Part shown: positions 59,422 to 64,000 of the stretch, in pieces
Layout: every line of letters begins with the position of its first letter
How positions within the stretch are numbered: the first letter of the stretch is position 1
DNA from: Obrimoposthia wandeli
Taxonomy: Eukaryota
Direction: 5' to 3'
NCBI GenBank assembly: GCA_977020255.1
Contig: CDROCS010003949.1
Coordinates: 372,001 to 436,000 of the forward strand
Length of the DNA stretch: 64,000 nt
Position numbers and translations under genes: made by a program
Notes under the pieces: generated by a model
The model's database searches: none
Seen by the model: only the letters and a program-made list of their open reading frames with translations
What the model was told of the DNA's origin: nothing

Positions 59422-62400
59422 ATGAACAACGTAAGTTTTATTTCCTAATTTTATATTTTATATTTTATTTAGTGTAATATTTACAAAACGCCATGCTATG
59501 ATGTACGTCATGAGCAGTGCAAACAGAAGATGAAGTCGTACTACGGAAGGAATATGAACCGGTGTCAGTTCTACGTCTGCCCGCAATGTGAAACTGCTGT
59601 TGAACAGGAGTGGACCGATTTCATGAACCAGCATCGTGATCATCTGGCGTTCTTCCAGACAAGATCCAAGCGAGATATATTTTTATCATCACAACAACAA
59701 AAGACAAAATCATCAGTTCCTGCCAATGTTTTATCCTGCTGAGTTCCTGTAACTGCTTCTCCTGCTCCAGTTCCTGTCACTGCTTCTCCTGCTCAAGTTC
59801 CTGTCACTGCTTCTCCTGTTACTGTCGCAGCTTCTCCAGTCACTGCTTCTCCTGCTCAAGTTCCTGTTGCAGCTTCTCCTGCTCCAGTTCCTGTCACTGC
59901 TTCTCCTGCTCAAGTTCCTGTCACTGCTTCTCCAGTTCCTGCTGCAGCTTCTCCAGTTCCTGATGCAGCTGAATATGTTAGTAGAATTCCCACTATTTTA
60001 CCAGCACCTACCCGCAAGCGAAGTGTTATGCCCACTTAAGGTAGCTCTGCTGCAAAATTTACTAGATTTGATCGTATTAGGCGTAAGATGGGATTAAGAT
60101 GGACTTTGGAAACTTTATCATTAGATGTTTCTAATGATAATATGACTGATTTAGTGGTTCCGGATAGTATTTTAGTTCAATTAAGGGATTCTATGCGGAA
60201 ATATTCTACGTGTAAGGTCCAATTCGGAGTGCGTATCGAATTCATGAACGAATCCGAGAGACGCACTTGGAATTTTTCTAATAAAGGACTTCCCTTCGAT
60301 GATGGATTCATAGAAGCGGGAGTTGGGTTAATCAAGAAGAAGATTGAGAATTACTCACAGTGTGGGAGTAATTGGACAGTGAGTAGGTTCCTAGAGATTT
60401 CGTTTGTTGTAACAAAAACAACAACGATGAACTATCTCCAGGGAAGTAGTTACATTCCTACTCCACCATTGTTAGCGCTCTCACATTGTGTGATAAATGT
60501 GCAGAACACTAACAACTTTTGCTTTTTATATAGCATATTAGCTTTGCTTTTCCGCGATGTATTTCGCACTAATCCTCAACGGGTTAATCAATATGATGGC
60601 CTGTTGAGTGAATTAGCTTTTGAGGAGGATGAGATGCCGATGCGTCTATGTAACATACCGCGATTTGAGAGAAAGAACCCTTCGCTCTCAATCAACGTAT
60701 TTACTTGCAATAGCTTCGCGAATGGACAAACGGATAGGGACATTTTCAAAAATCCCTATGTGGATGTTATTTATAGAACTTCAAATCAGGAGGCTAGGCC
60801 AATAAACCTTCTTCTTTTAGAAAATAATGACAATTTTCATTATGTGGCCATTCCTAAACTCAATAGGTTACTGAATTATAGGAATAAAGGTGTATCGAAT
60901 TGCATCCGGTGTACTTGGTGCCATAAGTGTCTCCACGGGTTCCGGAGACCGATAAGTTACGCCAAGCACGTTCCACTCTGTAGGATGAATTTGGAGCATA
61001 CAACACTCTATTCAATGCCTACAGATAAGTATATTGAGTTTACGGACTTTTCCAAGACCATTTCTCTTCCGTTTGCTGTTTACGCGGACTTTGAGGCTGT
61101 GCTGCCACCACATGGGATTCATCATCAGATCGAGCTCCCAATCGCGGCCGGTATGCTCATGTCTCCCGTTGCAGCTACGATCGGGTACACACACAATTAT
61201 TCGGTTTTCACAGGAGAATCTTGTGTTGTTTTCTTTCTACAAAAATTGGAGGAATTGGCAAAACAATGCTGCAACAATTTGTTACCTGTGTAAGAAGAGG
61301 CTAGTTAACAAAGTTCGAGATCATGATCACATGACGGGCGAGTACCTCGGAGCAGCGCATTCAAAGTGCAACTTGTCAAGGAGACTGAACCGATCCTTCC
61401 TGTGATTTTTCATAATTTGATGGGATACGATATGCACCACATACTTAAGCATGCGTTAAGTCAATTTCCGCACTGGAGTATCTCTGTCATTCCTCAATCG
61501 ACAGAGAAATTTCAAGCTATGTTGGTGCATACTGATGGAGTCTGTATTCGGTTTATAGACTCATTACAGTTTTTGAACAGCGGACTTGGGAAACTGGTCG
61601 AGAATCTGGGTTTCACTCCTCTGACACATTCTGTTTTCCCACAACATTTGGTAAGCAGCAAGGGCATCTTTCCCTACGATATGGCTGTGTCAGAGACTGC
61701 TCTCCGTGCTATTACAAGTTTGCCACCAAAATGGAATGAGAAGATCAAGCCGATAGAGTACGAGATGGCAAAGAAGGTTTGGACTCAAAGCGGCTGCACA
61801 TCACTCTGGGACTATATGCTGGTGTACATGAAGATGGACGTCTACCAGCTTGCTGACGTTTTCACGGCATTCCGAAGCAAGGCCATCGCAGATGACGGAC
61901 TGGAGCCACTCAATTTCTTCTCCATACCTTGTTTGTATTTTTCACTAAGTAAATTTAGCAACTTTTAGTAATTTATTTCCATTAATTTATTTTAGTTAAT
62001 GCTTTGTAAATAATTGATTAAATATGTTTTAGTAGTTTGTCTGTATTTATATTTACTTTCTTCTCACAGGACTGACTTTTGCGAGTGCATTCAAGTCGCT
62101 GCTTCGTCCGGATTCCTCTGATTCTACTGTTGCTTCCACCTCTGCTGCACTTCCTGCTCCAGTTCCTGTGCGAGTCAAGCTAATCCAAGATCCGGAGATG
62201 TCCAGTCTCTTCCGGTCTGGGATTCGCGGGGGTATGACATTTGTTAATGAACACCGCGTTGACGTCATCAATGGTACAGAACTTTTGTACATTGATGTAA
62301 ACAATTTGTACGGGTGGGCTATGTCTCAGTTTTTACCTTGTGGTAACTTTTACTGGGTGACTGATCGGTTAGAGTTGGGGAATATTATTTCCAGCTTAAA

Positions 62401-63532
62401 ATCAGTAGATTTATCCTGTAGTCGCTTCGCTCATTTATTGGAAATAGATTTATCCATTCCCAACGAGCTTCATAATAAATTCGACGATATTCCCCTTGCT
62501 CCCATTAAACAGCGTCCATCAGGGTGTAAGACTGAAAAATTGTTATTAACACATTACCCTAAGAAACATTATGTTGTGTATTCTAGATTGCTACAAATGT
62601 ACGTTAGACTTGGTGCTAAGGTAGATTTTGTATACAGAGCAATACAGTTTGAACAAACTAATGTTTTTTCAAAATATATTGAGGATAATTCTCTCAAAAG
62701 AGCTGCGGCTACAACAGATTTCGAGCGGGATTATTATAAACTGAAGGTGAATTCATTATTTGGGAAACTCATTCAGAATCTAATGAAAAGAATTAACCTT
62801 CGGATTTGTAATACTCCACAAAAGCTTGTTACCTATTGTAGTAAAGCGCACTTTCGTAGGACAATCGAAATCGATACAGACCTTATCGCAGTTCTACTGA
62901 ATAAGGAAAATATCATTTTGGATCGTCCTAGTTACATGGGCCAGGTGGTTTTAGATTTAAGTAAACTTCGTATGTATGAGTTACAATATATGCAGTTGGA
63001 GAAATATCGAGTGCAATTTAACTGCGATATTAGAATTATAGCGGGTGACACTGATAGTTTTTTCTTGAAGTGTAATAATGTAAATGTTCAAGAATCATTG
63101 TTACCTGCTATGATTGCTGATGGGCTGTTGGATACCTCGAAATTTCCAGAAAATCATCCGCTTTATACGACACGCAATACAGCGATAGGTAAATTTAAAG
63201 ATGAGAGCAAGGGACTGTTTAGCTATAAGCAAGGGATATTTCTACGTCCAAAATCATATAGCTTAGAGACTACAGAAGGAGAATCACAGATGAGAGCGAA
63301 GGGTATTAGTCTCCAACAAACGAACATACGACATGCTAATTACCTAGCAGTGTATGAGACTGGGATTAGTGAGCGAGTGCAACAACAACGCATAAGCTCG
63401 ATAAATCACCAACTTTTTACTATTCATTTGAGTAAAATTGCACTGAGTAGTGCTGATGATAAACGTAAGTGGGTTGAAAAGAATCGATCGGTTGCCTACG
63501 GTCACTTTTTATACCCGGATGAAATTGTTTGA
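59422..63532 (+). pseudogene. polB: Spliced protein-primed PolB unit: Cys-rich N-domain, Pro/Ala/Val/Thr repeat, OTU-like Cys/His region, EndoVII-like Zn module, exonuclease and polymerase
   Basis: Introns 59431-59472 and 61931-62069; one frame from 59473 to 61293 with stops at 59740 and 60037; motifs NNFCFLYS, FHY, VYADFE, RDHDHMTG, FHNLMGYD, YIDVNNLYG, KLKVNSLFGK, AGDTDS, DDKR. Confidence 0.93.
59743..59970 (+). repeat. Coding minisatellite encoding (P-A-P/Q-V-P-V-T-A-S)n
   Basis: Repeated CCTGCTC(C/A)AGTTCCTGTCACTGCTTCT units, in frame with the flanking ORFs. Confidence 0.85.
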
Positions 63533-64000
63533 TCTTTTTATTTGTACTTTGTTATACTTATATTTCTTACCCTCTTCTTTGTGATTGTAAGTAATATATT
63601 TTGAAAGTAAATAATGTCTTGATTTTATTCTTATTTACAACTGTGTATTAACTACTATTTTCTTTAAAAATTATACTTAAAATAATATACATTAATTTTG
63701 ATTTAACGAGTAATATATTTCTATGTAAAAGTTTATTTCTAAAAAATTCAATGTAAATTATTATTCTGAAAATTTATAAGTTAAAACTTTCTTTATAAAA
63801 ATGTTTAATTAAAAAAAAATAAAAAATTTCTTTGTAAATTTTAATTGTTTTAAAAAAAAATTGCAGAAAATTTTAAAAAATTCGCAAAAATTTAAAGATA
63901 AAAACAAAAATTAAAAATGTCAAAAATTTTGAATATTAAAACAAAAATTCGAATAGTAAAACAAAATTTTGGCACGTGGCGTTGTTGCCGTGGCAACACC

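Larger units (their letters stand above)
52411..64000 (+). mobile_element. Polinton/Maverick-like element D (divergent lineage, all genes on +; right end outside the window)
   Basis: Full core gene set; putative left terminus AGTAGGGGGATGTG (13/14 match to the C TIR start) at 52411. Confidence 0.9.

Noticed and set aside
45418-60039. Many premature stops arise from C-to-T or G-to-A changes (CAG/CGA/CAA/TGG), hinting at targeted hypermutation
   Set aside because: These transitions are the commonest route to stop codons under neutral decay; no dinucleotide bias can be shown without an alignment.
59731-60097. Arg/Ser-rich minus-strand ORF 59731-59913 and Leu/Gln-rich ORF 59867-60097
   Set aside because: Alternative-frame readings of the PAPVPVTAS coding minisatellite.
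63780-63970. Repeated AAAAATTT tracts suggesting bent DNA near the end of element D
   Set aside because: Spacing is irregular and A/T tracts are common at this base composition.

Overview
AT-rich eukaryotic DNA, most likely a metazoan (alpha-spectrin fragment, BEL/Pao element, very short 37-45 nt GT-AG introns). The window is dominated by endogenous Polinton/Maverick-type (adintovirus-like) elements. Six Polinton-derived pieces are visible: decayed relic A (~3.9-9.0 kb), a 200-bp mini-element with TIRs and a 6-bp TSD (10476-10675), a terminal relic (21.8-22.6 kb), decayed element B (27389-~41450), element C with both TIRs and a perfect CTCCTT TSD (41676-51740), and a more intact divergent element D (from ~52411 to beyond the window end). 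They encode the usual packaging ATPase, integrase-chromodomain, minor and major capsid proteins, adenain protease and protein-primed PolB. B is interrupted by a BEL/Pao LTR retrotransposon that carries a ubiquitin/NEDD8-like-Gag fusion and a captured intronless alpha-spectrin fragment. C sits inside a GC-rich structured element containing a hammerhead-ribozyme-like motif. The strongest candidate for a new system is an apparent two-tier viral transcription programme. Element C encodes a spliced, minimal TBP-like protein under a canonical TATA+Inr promoter, while almost every structural/packaging gene of both C and D has a non-canonical (T/C)ATAAACA box, usually 29-42 nt before its ATG. Other notable items are a catalytically dead dual-specificity phosphatase, a conserved overprinted myristoylation-signal ORF over the integrase start, and a conserved intron in the viral protease. 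No rRNA, tRNA or CRISPR array was found. All calls come from reading the sequence; no database search was run.
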